A DNA stretch of 64,000 bases from Felis catus (lineage: Eukaryota): contig NC_058373.1 of the NCBI RefSeq assembly GCF_018350175.1, positions 103,418,001-103,482,000 on the forward strand, written 5' to 3'. Numbering within the stretch: position 1 is the first letter of the stretch; every line of letters starts with the position of its first letter. Shown here one piece after another: positions 1 through 13,776 of this stretch. The notes below the pieces were generated by a model. It was not told the origin of the DNA. It ran no database searches and was given only the letters and a program-made list of their open reading frames with translations. Position numbers and translations under genes: made by a program.

Positions 1-184
1 TGTCAAAGGAGTTACTGCATGGGAAGCACTTAGAAAGGTGCCAGGCACTTTGCAAGCATTATATTGTTTGCGTTTTTATGATGATTCCAGTAAACCGAGC
101 TTGAGCCTCTCCTCTCCTCACCATGTTGGGCTTATGAATTCTGTTCACAGGTTTCTCACTCTTGACTTTCTCTACTGTGAGCTC

Positions 185-186
<2 letters not shown>

Positions 187-231
<45 letters not shown>

Positions 232-632
232 TACAATCAAGTTAATTAACATAGAGTGTAGGCTTGGTTTCAGGAATAGAACCCAGTGATTTATCTCTTA
301 CATATGACACCCAGTGCTCATCCCAAAAAGTGCCCTCCTTAATGCCCATCACCCATATAGCCCATCCTCCCATCCACCTCCCCTTCAGCAACCCTCAGTT
401 TGTTGTCTGTATTTAAGAGTCCCTTAAGGTTTGCCTCCCTCTCTGTTTTTATCTTATTTTTCCTTCCCTTCCCCTATGTTGATCTGCTGTGTTTCTTAAA
501 TCCCACATATGAGTGAAATCATATGGTATTTGTCTTTGACTGATTTATTTCACTTAGCATGATGCACTCTAGCTCCACCCATATCCTTGCAAATGGCAAG
601 ATTTCATTCTTTTTATGGTTGAGTGACATTCC

Positions 633-674
<42 letters not shown>

Positions 675-710
675 CCACATCTTCTTTATCCATTCATCAG
701 TCGATGGACA
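187..710 (-). mobile_element. 5'-truncated carnivore L1 3' end; A-tail decayed to (TAA)n, internal (GT)n at ~635-671
   Basis: ORF 519-737(-) contains L1 ORF2 C-terminal text (CPSTDEWIKKMW...NEILPFA..W.ELE.IMLSEI). L1 3'UTR motif acacccagtgctcatcccaaaaagtgccctcc is present. TSD tgtgagYtctt at 176-186 and 711-721. Confidence 0.92.
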
Positions 711-3700
711 TGTGAGTTCTTGATTCAAGTGTTCCACATGCCCTCTGACCTTTAAGCTTGGATGTTTTTAAAAAGTTTTTTGTTTCAAAAAAATTTAGAA
801 GGAAGAATTTCATAGCCTCTTGAGCTACAATCTTCTTTGGAGGTTAATGTGAACATAACTTGGGTTGTAAAATCACTATTAGAGGAATCTTCACTAAGTT
901 AATGAAGCAACAGAGAAGTTGCATCACATTGTCTTTAGCTTCTGAAGTTTCTTTTTCCCTAGTGCCCCCCGAGAGCTACTGGCATCTGTCCCAGTGCCTC
1001 TACCCAAAAACGGCTTGGAGAATGAAGATGCCTTGGTGGAAGAAGCTCTTTACTGAAAGGGCAGACAGTTCCGAGAAGGGCATCAGAGTCTGGGAGAAGT
1101 GAAGGTTGAAACAACCAAAAACAGCAACTCAGCTCTCCTCTTGTGGCACAAATGGGAAGAACCACCTAAACACAGATGCTCATGATTCATATTTTCCTGG
1201 GACAGATTCTCCCATTCCTCTCTGCTCTCAGGCTCCAGACACCTCCTCCCTCCCTGACACCCCCTGGATGACCTAGTCCTTTTCCCCAGGAAGCTCTAAC
1301 TCTCCTCCAAAAAGGAGTAGGATCCTCAACTCCTTCCTATGACTCACAACTTGAGTAACGCCTTGGTGTTTCAACCAGTATTTGTTGGTATTTTCCTCTT
1401 CTTGGGTGTGGTAAACTCTGGGGTAAGATACAGACAGGTGCAAGACATTTATGAACTGAAGCACTCCAATCCCAGACAAGTCTCACCACCCAAGGGAGCT
1501 ACAGCTAAGGGTAAACAGGGAAACATCTTTTTCCTTAGAGTCAGTAGCCTAATTTCATGTCAGAGAAAGAATGTCTCTTCCAAAGCTATGACTTTGGTCT
1601 TTCTCTTCTCATACGATTGACCCTGTCTCTTGACCCTTTTTTGCCCCAAGCTCTGATACCTCTGTAGAGAAACCATTTAGCTGTCTATGGTAGTTCTCCT
1701 TTTCATTTCTGGGTGGGGCAGAACTTGGTCTAATATACCACATTAGACTGTTGTATCCCCTAGCAGTGGTCATGGTGGAGGGGGGAAGTGGAATGAAGGG
1801 GAAGTGGCACGAAGGTGATTTTGGATTCATCCCATCACCAGGGCTAGAACAAAAAATAACTCTTTTGGCCTTGAGTGCTGGGGGGTGGGGGCAGGTATTG
1901 TGGGTAATGGCTCACTCTGTAGATAGAGAATATACCCACAACACAGCAGGTGCTTGATGACTCTTTCCTCTTAAAGTTTAACTTCTTGTCATCTCATTGC
2001 TCCTTTGTACCTCCAGAAAAGAGTAGTTGGAAAACAAAAGGAGGATAATATGGTTTTCACTGGCTTAAAAACAACAGGATGTTAATTTTATCAAAGACTT
2101 TTGAAGCACATTGATGATTTAATCATGGAAGTGAACATAATGCATTTAGAATTTTTCCTATTCTTATGTTCATCTTCATCTTTGACTTGTATCAATGGAC
2201 AGAATGATTTTTACCATTAGGGAACATAAGACCATAGAGAAAGCAACAAAGCATCATGTGCTTATAGGTGAAGATTGGATACATGAAGAAATAAAATATA
2301 TTCAGTCTGTATGATCTATGTCTCGGCAGTTACTAGAAAGTGTTTATTCAGTGTGTCTCTGATTTTGGCCCTTGGAAAGGTACCAAATAGAAATTTACCC
2401 CAAACTCTGCTATTCTAGGATCTGGCAAGCAAAGCTTACAAATACAAGCAAAGCTGACTGTATTGGTGGCTGTGGAGCGTCCTGTGTGGAGCACTGCTAC
2501 ACATAAGTCATGTGGATGATTAAAGCAAGACAACTGCAAAGGAAACTCAGAATGCCACCCAGCTCCGCATCTCTGTTCAGCTCCATCCGTTCTTATTGAT
2601 GCATGGCTTCCATAGGGCCCAGTCCAGCCTGGTTCACAGATCCTTACCCCCAATCTCAGTCCATTCCATGTGGGGGAAGACAATCCCTTGACAGCCCCAG
2701 CCCAAGCCTGAGTGTGATGGAGAATTAGCCAGGTGGGAACCTGTGACTCAGCCTGCCAGATCTTCCTCTCCAACATCTACTCCACATGGGAACTGACTGG
2801 GGCCAAAGACTAGGCATCAGCATCCTATCTCTATAACAACTTAGAGCCAAGTAGGAAAAGGGCTGGTAGCCCAATTGAGAGATGGTGTGGCAGATGGAGC
2901 CATTTTGTTCCTTAATTAACATAACAGCTGCAAGCAATCTCTCCACTCTCCCCATAATCCTACCAACAACACTGGTGGGTTCCACGTGTGTTTGTTGGCT
3001 ATGTGTGCTGTGTGTTTCAAATAATTGATAACATATGATTTTGTCTCTAGACACAGAGCATGCTTTATTCTGCATATTCATTTTAAAATAATTTTTAAAA
3101 CTTTGTATATGTCAGATGTTTTGCAGATGCAGAGTCATCGTCTAGCATTGAACTACATCCAAGAATTTTTATTTGCCTTTATCATAGCATGATAAGAAAG
3201 ATTCATGGAAAGTGTGGGGTTTGGTGGCTTAGAGTTCTCCGGTTGCTCCTAATTTGTTTACTTTTAGAAGGCAAGCTGTAAATATTAGTGGTAATTGTGT
3301 GCTGAGTGGAACCACATTCCTACCTCTACCTTGGAAAGATTATACTAATCCAGAGGCCAGAAATCTGCTGAACTTTAACCAATTCTTGAAGTTTTGAAGG
3401 TAAGTTCTTCCGAGTAGTTGTGGTTTGAATGGTATATTCCCTCTGAAATTTGATTCTACTTGAAAACATAAAAGTATTTCTGTGTAACATTGTTATATCA
3501 TACATAATATATAGAACGCAGATAACTGTATAAGACAGATCATCAAATTGTACCCAGCATGTAATAGGCATTGAGTAAGTACTTGATAAATAAATAAACT
3601 AAAGGAAAGATGCCATACGTAACAGGGTCCTCGCTGATCCTGTGGCTAAGGAGTACAGGGGTCTGTGAAGATAACACCAGATGTGGCCAAATGTGGCCTG

Positions 3701-4194
3701 CAGAAGCAGATTACCAACATGGACAGCACTACAGTATGGTGAAGACAGTGAAAATACATGTTTGCTTGCTTGAGAAATCCCTATAAATCAAGTTAAATTA
3801 GCTACGTAAGTATTTCTCATATGACTTTTATGTTTTCCTCTATAAACTCTAAGTGGGCTGGGACTCAAGGCATTCTCCTGACTGCTGGGTACAGCCAGAG
3901 AGGTTGGCTGGCTGTGGTGGAATCTGGTCCAAGGAACCTCTGCAGCATCCTCCTCCAGCCCAATGTCAGAAAAGTGGAAACAAGCACACTTAGTTCGGGG
4001 CCCAGAAGGTGTTCCTCTTGCAGCTCAGAGGCCGCTGAAGAAGGTGCCAAAAGGGTGAAAGAGGGGTTTGCAATTGCGGATAGTGGTCTCTAAACATCGA
4101 AAGACGAGGAGCGTGGGTAGGAGCCTGTGGGTTGATGGTCCTCAGAAGAAATCTCCCCAGCAAGGAACCATGTAAGACAATTAAAGGACTGTTA

Positions 4195-4400
4195 ATAATA
4201 ATAACCAACATCCACGGAACACTTGTCAATGCCAAACACTACACGGCCTCATAATCTCGTAGCAAAGCGTGAAGGAGATACTGCTAATACCTTCACTATG
4301 CATTCATCTGGCACAGAATGATAAAGTCCCTTGCCCACGATATACCATTAGTGAGGTTTCAAACCCAGGTGGTTAGACTCTAAAATGGAGCTATTAATAC
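4195..4400 (-). mobile_element. MIR SINE fragment (ancient)
   Basis: Degenerate MIR motifs (cttgcccacgat..., ttcaaacccaggtggttagactc); boundaries approximate. Confidence 0.6.
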
Positions 4401-5189
4401 TCCAGTGAAGTGCCTTTTCATGAATAAGATGATAAGGAAGTAGCTCGTAAGGTCTTACTGTGACATCATGGTCACAGATCTCTTCACCACCTCAGGCATT
4501 TCTGAGTCATGTGCTAGCACAGGGTCCACCTGCAAATGACTGCACCACCTTGAGAAAATCACAGATACTCTCAAATGTAGGGCAGTCGCTCCATGGTCCC
4601 CACTCTCCCTGTCCCTCCCCACCCCCTTGAGTGTGTCTACCTCAGGTCTTTACATTACACCACGGTACCCCTTCCTTCCAGGACAGCCTTTTCCTGCTCT
4701 TCACCTGTCTACCAGATTCACCCTCCTTTGAGATCCATGTTTTCCCTGGTCAGTCCAATGCCAGCCATGACTCCTGGTGTTTCAATGCCTGGTTTTTCAA
4801 AGCATCTGTCTACTCAGTCAACAGATATTTACTGGTACGCTTTCAGCATCAAGTTACAGAAAAGCCATCTTAAATGGGATTTAGTCACAGCAAAATGGTT
4901 GGTTCATATTTCTAGAAGTTCACAGTGGGGGCCAACGTTTGGGTTGCTCAGTCTAAAGCTCTAGCTCTGTTTTTCTGTGATTCTATTGACTTTGCCCTGC
5001 TCTGTATCTTGGCTTCATCCTTACTCTGACAGAAAGATGGAAACAGAATTAATTCTGGAAGCAGAAGACTGAATTCTTCCAGAAGTCTCTAGGAAGCTTC
5101 TCATTGGTCTTATTTGAGTGGCATACCTGGTCTCCAGACCAGGCCACCAACAAGCAAGAATTACCCCATGGAATGATTCTGTGGATTTA

Positions 5190-5434
5190 CCACAGAAGTG
5201 TGAATAAGGCGGCATATCATGTTATATTTCCTCCACTCAAGTGCATGCTCCACTGTCTCATCAGATTTACAAATTAACAAGTTCAAAATTAAATTATTAA
5301 ATATGCCATCTAAGCCACAAACTACCCTTAAATTTCAGGATGGTGATAGCAGAGCATTAAGCCAAGCACAGAGCCCTTCTGAGCATGAGGCCCTCTGTAC
5401 CTGTACAGGTCACACATCCATGAAACTGGTCCTG
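5190..5434. mobile_element. hAT-Tip100 MER45-family fragment
   Basis: agcagagcattaagccaagcacagagcccttctgagcatgaggccc...catgaaactggtcctg matches the MER45 terminus; similar to the copy at 49726-49938. Confidence 0.75.
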
Positions 5435-5487
5435 GGTATGTAATTACCTAAACAAAATCAGGGTCTAGTTAGAAAGGGGGGCATCTG

Positions 5488-5704
5488 GGGGCGCCTGGGT
5501 GGCTAGGTCAGTTAAGTGTCCGACTTCAGCTCAGGTCGTGATCTCGCGGTCTGTGGGCTCGAGCCCCGCGTCGGGCTTTGTGCTGACAGTTCAGAGCCTG
5601 GAGCCTGTTTCAGATTCTGAGACTCCCTCTCTCTGACCCTCCCCCGTTCATGCTCTGTCTCTCTCTGTCTCAAAAATAAATAAAGGTTAAAATAATTAAA
5701 AAAA
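5488..5704 (+). mobile_element. Can-SINE (SINEC_Fc type)
   Basis: ggggcgcctgggtggct head, CT-rich body, aataaa/A tail; TSD agaaaggRgggcatctg at 5471-5487 and 5705-5721. Confidence 0.97.
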
Positions 5705-6818
5705 AGAAAGGAGGGCATCTGGATCAAATTCCCAATAAACACTGGCCCGCTTGGTATTATCTTCATTTGGGAGATGAGGACTCAGACACTCTAAGATGGC
5801 ATCTGTCTAGTTGTCGTAAAGCTGATATTCAAACCCAGATCAACCTAGAAAAGCAAATGCTACCCCCATTCTCAGTTGATAACCTATAACTGGGGATTGC
5901 TTTCTGCCTCCTGAGACTTGTGTCCCAGTGGATTGTCACTGACTAGAAATCTGTGCTCCTGGGCCTTCCATGGAAAGTACCTGAAATTCTGCATAAATGT
6001 AGACACTTCATAACGGTTTCTAGGGAGAACCATTTAGAGTGGGCTTATTTATTTAATTTGTTATCACTGCTCCTCTTGCTAGGAGGTGTGCATAAAAGTG
6101 AGATAGATTCAAATACGACATGAAGGGAAGCCAGTAAAAGCTCCGTTAGAGGGGAATCAGATACCAACTCTTTAAATGGCTTAGTCTCATGCTCACTTTT
6201 CAAATGGCTGGGCCTGAAATCTGTAGGTTCTGCGTTTCCTTCTCTGTGCTCACAAGTTTCATGGGGCACGGCCGTAGGGATGTATTTCTGAGAATGACAC
6301 TCAGGTACTGGGAAGAAAATGATGAATGAGCAGACATTATTTGGGAATGTGGTTTTCAGACAGGGGCTGCAAGAGAATATATTTTCGGGTGCTTCTGTTG
6401 GTATTTAAGTTGGAGACTGTATATACAGTAAATCAGGAAGGCCAATAATACAGTACATAGGGGCATGTATTATGTATGGTTCTGACGGCATCCAGCGGCC
6501 GCCTCGGAGGGAGGGGTGTGGATTTATGGCTCCACACTTGCAGGTGGTGGCTGCTAATACGTGGCATGGCTCTCTGCGCCTGGGAGTATTTGTTTTGTGG
6601 TTCATCCTAAGGTGAAGGAAAAGTGTAAGCAAGCTATGGACTTTTTGACTCAAGAAACGCAACCTGTAGCAAGAGTGCATAACTTTGCAGGGACAGACAG
6701 AGTGCTTAGATACAACACACTTGTTCAGAGATCTTTCCAAAGCTGTTTCTTGGGGCAATAGCACACGGGGGGGGGGGTTATCTGACTCCCCAGTGGTTCA
6801 CTCGTTATATCCGTGGGG

Positions 6819-7087
6819 CAGGACTGACTTATCGATAGGCACCGTGCCTGGGGCCCATGACACTTTTAGGGCCACAGAATAATTTCATTTTAATTTCTCT
6901 TAAATACGAAGAAAAAATAAATGTAATAGTAATGAATATATCATGATGGATCCAGTATAGATTATACTTGTCTTTACACTCATGAGGCTGTCAAATAACT
7001 TTTCATGGCTTTTCTTTTTTTCAATATAGGAAAAAGCCCACAAACATTAAGTTGCCTCAGGCCCATGAAAGTTATCATGTGTCCCTA
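6819..7087. mobile_element. hAT-Tip100 non-autonomous element (MER91-like)
   Basis: Termini caggactgacttatc...gcctggggcccatga and ggcccatgaaagttatcatgtgtcccta with an AT-rich core. Confidence 0.65.
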
Positions 7088-7122
7088 TGCTAGAGGTAAC
7101 ACTAGGCTTAAAATCTAACTTC

Positions 7123-7333
7123 TTTTTTTTTTAATGTTTATTAATTTATTTTGAGAGAGAGAGACATCAGGGGAGGTGCAGAGAGAAAGAGGGAGAGAGA
7201 AAGAATCCCAAGCAGGCTCTGTGCTGCCAGCACAGAGCCGGACGTGGGGCTGGAACTCACGAACCGTGAGCCGATGACCCAAGCCAAAATCAAGAGCTGG
7301 ACGCTTAACCTACTGAACCATCCAGGTGCCCCC
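7123..7333 (-). mobile_element. Can-SINE
   Basis: Reverse-complement SINE; TSD aaatctaacttctt at 7111-7124 and 7334-7347. Confidence 0.97.
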
Positions 7334-7924
7334 AAATCTAACTTCTTCCCTCTCCCCCGGCAGGCACCAGAGACAGCCTGTGCATCAGCTGTTTTGTGAG
7401 GGTGAGCTGTTCATGGCCTGGAACAGTCTCCAAAGAACCTCAGTGCAGGGTTGGGGCCCCTTGGCCGGTGCAGGAAGGCTCCTACAGCCTTGCCTCTCTT
7501 TGCATCCCACCTCACCCATGACCGGGCTCATCATAGCCTTCAGATGATTCCAGTTTAGTAGTTTCCCGGGATCGTTGCAACAAAGCACCACAGATGGGGG
7601 GCAGGGGTGTGCATGTTGCTCACACACTGAGATTTATTTCTGCACAGTCCTGGTGGTGAGGAGTCCACATTAAGGTGCCAGTAGAGTCGGTTTCTCCTGA
7701 GGCCATGATGAAGAATCTGTTCCATCCTTCTCTTCTAGCTCCTGATGGCTTGCAGGCAACCTTTGGTGGTCGTTGACTTGTAGAAGACCGCTCATTAGGG
7801 CCATGTCTGCCTTCAACTTCGTCTTCACATGGCATTATCTCTTGGGGCGTGCCTGTGTCCAGATTTCCCCTTCTTATAAGGATGTTAGCCATTGAATTAG
7901 GGGCCACTCCAGGATGACCTCTTC

Positions 7925-8768
7925 TTTTTTTTTTTTTTAATCTAAAACTTTGATTTATTTTATTTTTTTTTATTTTTTTATATGAAATTTATTGACAAAT
8001 TGGTTTCCATACAACACCCAGTGCTCATCCCAAAAGGTGCCCTCCTCAATACCCATCACCCACCCTCTCCTCCCTCCCACCCCCCATCAACCCTCAGTTT
8101 GTTCTCAGTTTTTAACAGTCTCTTATGCTTTGGCTCTCTCCCACTCTAACCTCTTTTTTTTTTTTTCCTTCCCCTCCCCCATGGGTTCCTGTTAAGTTTC
8201 TCAGGATCCACATAAGAGTGAAACCATATGGTATCTGTCTTTCTCTGTATGGCTTATTTCACTTAGCATCACACTCTCCAGTTCCATCCACGTTGCTACA
8301 AAAGGCCATATTTCATTTTTTCTCATTGCCACGTAATATTCCATTGTGTATATAAACCACAATTTCTTTATCCATTCATCAGTTGATGGACATTTAGGCT
8401 CTTTCCATAATTTGGCTATTGTTGAGAGTGCTGCTATGAACATTGGGGTACAAGTGGCCCTATGCATCAGTACTCCTGTATCCCTTGGATAAATTCCTAG
8501 CAGTGCTATTGCTGGGTCATAGGGTAGGTCTATTTTTAATTTTCTGAGGAACTCCACACTGCTTTCCAGAGCGGCTGCACCAATTTGCATTCCCACCAAC
8601 AGTGCAAGAGGGTTCCCGTTTCTCCACATCCTCTCCAGCACCTATAGTCTCCTGATTTGTTCATTTTGGCCACTCTGACTGGCGTGAGGTGATACCTGAG
8701 TGTGGTTTTGATTTGTATTTCCCTGATAAGGAGCGACGCTGAACATCTTTTCATGTGCCTGTTGGCCA
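7925..8768 (-). mobile_element. Young felid L1 (L1_Fc-type), 5'-truncated, ~0.84 kb
   Basis: Perfect 17-bp TSD caggatgacctcttctt at 7910-7926 and 8769-8785; T14 tail; ORF2 C-terminus. Confidence 0.97.
8201..8768 (-). pseudogene. L1 ORF2p C-terminal remnant with CCHC zinc knuckle and one frameshift near 8552
   Basis: ORF 8536-8868 gives HMKRCS...[18 protein letters not shown] (C-x3-C-x7-H-x4-C)...QPLWK. It continues in ORF 8201-8641 as [22 protein letters not shown]...SLLCGS*. Confidence 0.93.
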
Positions 8769-9459
8769 CAGGATGACCTCTTCTTAACTGATTACATCTG
8801 CCATGACCGTGTTGCCAAAAAGGCCACGTCCTGGGCTGCTGGAAGTTAGGATTTTGAGGGGACACCACTCAGGCCCAACCAGCAGTTCACACTGACCTGC
8901 GATCTCAGTATGGGCCTTGGGTGAGAGCTTCTTGTGCCTGAAACTCCATAAAAGCAGCTAGCTCAGTATGAATTGCCTGCAAATCTCTCATTTTCCCCTT
9001 TCCCAGCTTCCACCACGAGGCTGGTGTGTGCACCCTCACTTCCAGGAGTGTAATCAGGGACTCTGGCGCCAGAGTGGGCCGTGGAGATAAGGTTGAGACA
9101 GAAGGTCACCAAACATCAGAACAGAGCAGGAGCAGAAAGACAGGACCAGGGCCAGCAGGCTTTATATGATGGTCTCTGTGTCAACTACACATCACTCTTT
9201 TTCGTTAATAGGTTGGAGGATCCATTGCAGGCAGGGTCAGGAGCGTAGATGCTGAGTCTGAAATGCGGGGGTGGGGGTGGGGGGTCAGGAAGGCTGGCAT
9301 CTGGCCTGGAATGTGTGGGAAGCACTGAATAGCTCAGCAAAGCAGCTGTGGGCATTAGCCAGTTTACTTCATCAGCAATGCAAGCCTCCAAGACTCAAGG
9401 CATCTTTGCACAAATATCACACTGGGCAGGAGTGGGTGAAGTGGAAAAAGAATAAACTT

Positions 9460-9670
9460 GGGAGTTATATGAACCTGCATTTAAATCCCAAGTTCAGAGT
9501 CCACTTGGCTTTAGGCAAATTGCTCTATCTTTCAGGCTGCAAGTTCCAACATCTGTAAAATGGGAACAACAACAACAACAACATCAACAACCCCTACCCC
9601 ATAAGGTTGTTAGGAAGACTAGATATTGTTCTATGAAGCGCCTAACAGTCCTGGCTTGTGGTAGGTGATG
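9460..9670 (+). mobile_element. MIR SINE
   Basis: Core catctgtaaaatgggaa..., ataaggttgttaggaag, cctggcttgtggtagg. Confidence 0.75.
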
Positions 9671-9984
9671 AAGAGTCACAGTGATGAGACAGTCCAGTAC
9701 TAACGAAATGTCAGCATCGTTGAGACAGGCTCTGTGCACGAAGTTGACTTAGACTTCGACTTCCAGGAGCTGTTCTTTAGTTCTGGCCTTAAAACGCACA
9801 CACAAAGTCTCGAGTATTGTCTCTAGGTTCAAATTCTTTTAAGACAAGTGAATGCGGCAAACGGGGGCCCAGATTGCTCTGGACACTTTGCGCTTTGCTA
9901 TTTTTGATGGTTAGTGTCCAGTTAGTGTCCTGGCACTTTGGCCTCTGCTGTGCTCTCTGCCTTCCTTCAAAAGTGAGTGAAAAC

Positions 9985-10200
9985 GAAATGATAATCAACC
10001 CTTATATGGTGTTAAATGTGTGCCACATCCTGCTCTTTATATAATCCCTACAACAACCCTGTGGGGGGAGTGCCATTCTTATATCCCCATTTTTGCAGAT
10101 GAGCACAGCGGAGGCACAAGAACACAGAGGCAAAGTCGGGTCGCAGAGTACTTGCTCATAGCGACTACAGTCTACTGCCTCAGAAACTGTACTCCCTCTC
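9985..10200 (-). mobile_element. MIR SINE
   Basis: aatccctacaacaaccctgtg...atccccatttttgcagatgag (reverse MIR core). Confidence 0.75.
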
Positions 10201-13200
10201 CACGGTGACTCCACTGAAGTGGGATACATGTGTCTGCTGTTGGGTGTCAGAGGGCACCCAACCCCCACCTCCCAGCCGCTGGCAAGAAGGCAGGGGTGAG
10301 TAGTTTCATGTCAGCTGTTCTCTCTGCTTTTTGCAGAACTTGTTGTCCCTTGAAGGATATTGACGCAAGAAATGAATAAAGAGGGGCTTCGAAACAAAAT
10401 TGAGACCAAGATAGCTCGTGTCTTGTGCATGTTTGATACATCAGCCCTCAGAGTAATAAGCTCCTCGGTACCAGACTTCTCTCCCTGGAATATGAAATAC
10501 TCCAGCACTTACAAAATAACGGTAGCGCGACTCATTTTGTGAACTGTGTCAAGGCCATCTGCTCAAATGCCTCCCTTCCTTTTCCTGTGTTATAATGGCT
10601 CACCAGCTCTGTGGACTCTCATGCAACCTTTCAAAACGGTAACTTTTAAACTTTCAAAGTTAACATGTGTAACAGTGTGGGAAATGTTTACAATATAATA
10701 TTGAGTAAAATAATCGCACGTAAAATAGATACACATGAGGACAAGACCCTGAAGGATTTGGAAAAGGAAAATTGTCCCCCAAATTTCAGACTTGTTACAA
10801 AAAATCTCAGTTGCTTAAAAAAATGCAAAGAAAGCAAGATATTTACCTGTGCCATCAATGGCAAACATAATACAGACATATAGACTCATAGTTTTTTGGA
10901 GATGGAAAGATCTCTAAGATTGATGAAAATAGCTATTAAAATGGCAGATTACACGGGATGTTGGAAAACTTATTATAGGATAAGTTTTGTGCTTTCCTTA
11001 TCCTGCTTGAAATTCTTAAGTGGTTGGACTTGAGAGGAAGGAGGAGGTAAAGATAAAGAGATGATCTTTTCCCTCAAAATGTTATCTCTCACTAGGTACA
11101 CAGAATAAATGAGCAGCCTCAAATCCTTTGAGGAAGGAAGCAGGACATAAATAACAGATAAAATATGGACTAAGTGAAATATTACTTAAGAAATCTCCCT
11201 AGATACATTTTTCAATGAACCTGGAATCTATTAGGTATCTTTTCGTTCTTCATTTTCTTCACTAACTTAAAATCTTATTTGCCCTTGTTGCTTTTTTTTT
11301 TTTTTCTACCTTTAGTTTGCTCACTGAATGATTTGCTGCCAGCTTTGGGCACTTGAGGTGTTCTGGAGTGAAATGAATTTTTTATCATTCAGCTCTGTTT
11401 ATTAACATGTCTTCTTAAAGGTGGATATTGCAAACAAAAAGCATTTTTTTAAGTGCAAGACCATTTTGCTTCTGTACTTCATCTGCTCTGTTGGTCTGGA
11501 TCAGTTTTTAAGGCTCCAATACATCTTCAGTATGGATGCATCAAAGGACTTAGAGCAATTAATCTACTGCCTTCCAGAATGGAGCCCTCGTTCCACAGGA
11601 AGTGTGGGTCATTAACAAAAGCTATTTTTCCCCATTTCAAAATGTTATAACATAGAAAGGGAAATGAAAATGAAATGACTTAGACTAAGTCCAGCCCCAG
11701 ATTAATTTCCACTTAAGGTAAACTCTTAGATTGGGCTGGAACTAGACAAATTAATTGTCTCCCAGTTCTAAGAGGTCAAATCCAGCATATTCATGACTCT
11801 CCCGTTGCCAAAGTCCCTGGAACAAGGGATGGGTTTCCCAATTCTCCTTAAAGACTTTGATGCTAAGGATATCCCTTGAGAAATCAATGTAGATTATGTC
11901 TGATACTGGAATGAAAAAGCAATGGTAAAAATAGTCCAGAAGACTATGATCAAGGTCCCAGTGGACAAGAACAATAGGATCGTGAAAATGTGTTGAAGTT
12001 TCCATCAGTATAGCCATTGGCCTGACAGTGACTAGACTTGTCTCTAGTTGACTTGTGCTATCACTCTGCTCCTCAAGGTGTGGCCATTGGGAGAGTGTAA
12101 CTCTCAGTCTCCATGTCACCTGGATTTCTGCTACAAATGCAGACAGGCTGTGAGTGGGCTTCTGTCTTCTTGTTCACTTGTATTTCCCTTATGTCTTTAA
12201 CAGTGTCCAGCACGCATAATTACTGGTTGAATAAACTCTCTGGAGGCAGGTCCCACGAATCTGCATTTTAATAGGATCTTCAGGAGGATGTTAGGCATAG
12301 TCAAGTGTGAGAACCATTGCTCGACTGGGCATTGATGCTGACCAATTCACTATTAGGTTGAGTGGTCCCCCTGAACACACCACAAAAAAATCTAGAAGAT
12401 TAAGGTGAAGGAACAGCTATTCCTTGGTTTCTACTATGGCAACAACAACTGTTCCCTGACACTGTACAATACATTTGGACCCATTATCTCTAGGTGTTAG
12501 GTTGGATGGTTATTCTTATCCCTGTTTTATAAGAGGAGAAAGCTGGACATATGCCAGGCCAAATAATGAACTAAATAGGAATCAAAACCCACTCCACTAG
12601 ATGGAGGTTAGGAAATTCTTTGAGTTGCTTGGGCAAAAGGCCCCGTGTAAATCCCCAGCATTATTATTCCCCACACTTTGCATGGTATTAGATCACTTTC
12701 CAATAATCACTCCATTCTCTTTTATGAGACTTGAGGTTTAATTGGAGTTTCCAATAAGAGATTTTATGTGTTTAATGGATTTTGGTGTAATAATCAAGGG
12801 TCTGAAATGCTAGTCAGAAAGCCAGCTGACTTCTAATGAAGTTGAGCTCGGGGGAAAGCAGGTTTTTAAAAAGACGTTACAAGTCTGTACTATAGAAGCA
12901 GATGTGCAAATATTTAGGGAAAAAATACGTAAGGTGTCTGGTTACTTCTGAAACCTTGGATACCGACAGGCATGTGTATTCCAACACCCGCTGTTAGAAT
13001 AGTGTAACTGGTGTTAGAAATTTAAGTTTTGGATCTGCCAGCCCAGTTTTTAGGAAGGACCCAGTGGAGATAGCAATGGGATGCTTAGACAGTTTCTCCT
13101 ATTTGGCACTTCTAGGGGCCAGAGACTGGGTGCACTTTCCTTTCCCCAGTGCTCCTTCCTGACCCCCACAAGCCTCCCCCATGCAGAATGGAAGGTGGGC

Positions 13201-13776
13201 TTTCCAACTTCTCTAACTGCACCCCTTCTTTGCTGTCTCCAAAACAAACAGGCACTCACCCACTTCTTTTTAATTGCCTAAGGCGTTTTTCAACTGGGCA
13301 CCACAAGAAAAATGGGATTAACGAAAAGAACAAGAAATGAGGAAGTTAAATATTATGGGAAATCTTATATTTATAGCCACATCAGAGCAATTTCCCCAGA
13401 AAATTTTATGGCACATTGCTAGCTAGGTATTTCCTTACATTCCCAGCACTCTTGGGAATATTTTAAATACCAGACAAGCACTCTTACTGCAGAGATATAT
13501 TAAGTTTAATATACTTAGAATACTACATAGTACATATCTCAAACCTTAATGCCTGGTCTACATGGGGAAACCAACTATTCATAAGTGACCTCACTCACAA
13601 TCAATGACTTTTTTACTTTCCTGAGGTGGGAATGTGACACAAGGATCCTCTTTGCTTCTCCATCAAGGCCACACCACTTTTGGTCCTGGAACTTCTCTGA
13701 TTCTCCCCATGTTTTACTAGAATGTCAGTGATGCTAACCAGCCTATTTATCTACCCATTTTTCTAGACTTGGTGAT

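Larger units (their letters stand above)
4828..5745 (-). mobile_element. Old MaLR LTR (MLT1J/K/L-like), interrupted by a MER45-like element and a Can-SINE
   Basis: Left end gctttcagcatcaagttacagaaaa and right part aacaaaatcagggtctagttag resemble the reverse complement of MLT1 termini. Confidence 0.55.
7552..8880 (-). mobile_element. MaLR LTR (MLT1C-like), split by a young L1
   Basis: MLT1 motifs (caaagcaccacaga, gaatctgttccat, tccccttcttataagga) on the left continue after the L1 as ttaactgattacatctgc...ggggacacca. Confidence 0.8.

Noticed and set aside
3990..4130. Acceptor-like ttcctcttgcag followed by purine-rich, CpG-containing sequence
   Set aside because: No recognisable protein and no convincing donor; a non-coding exon cannot be excluded but is unsupported.
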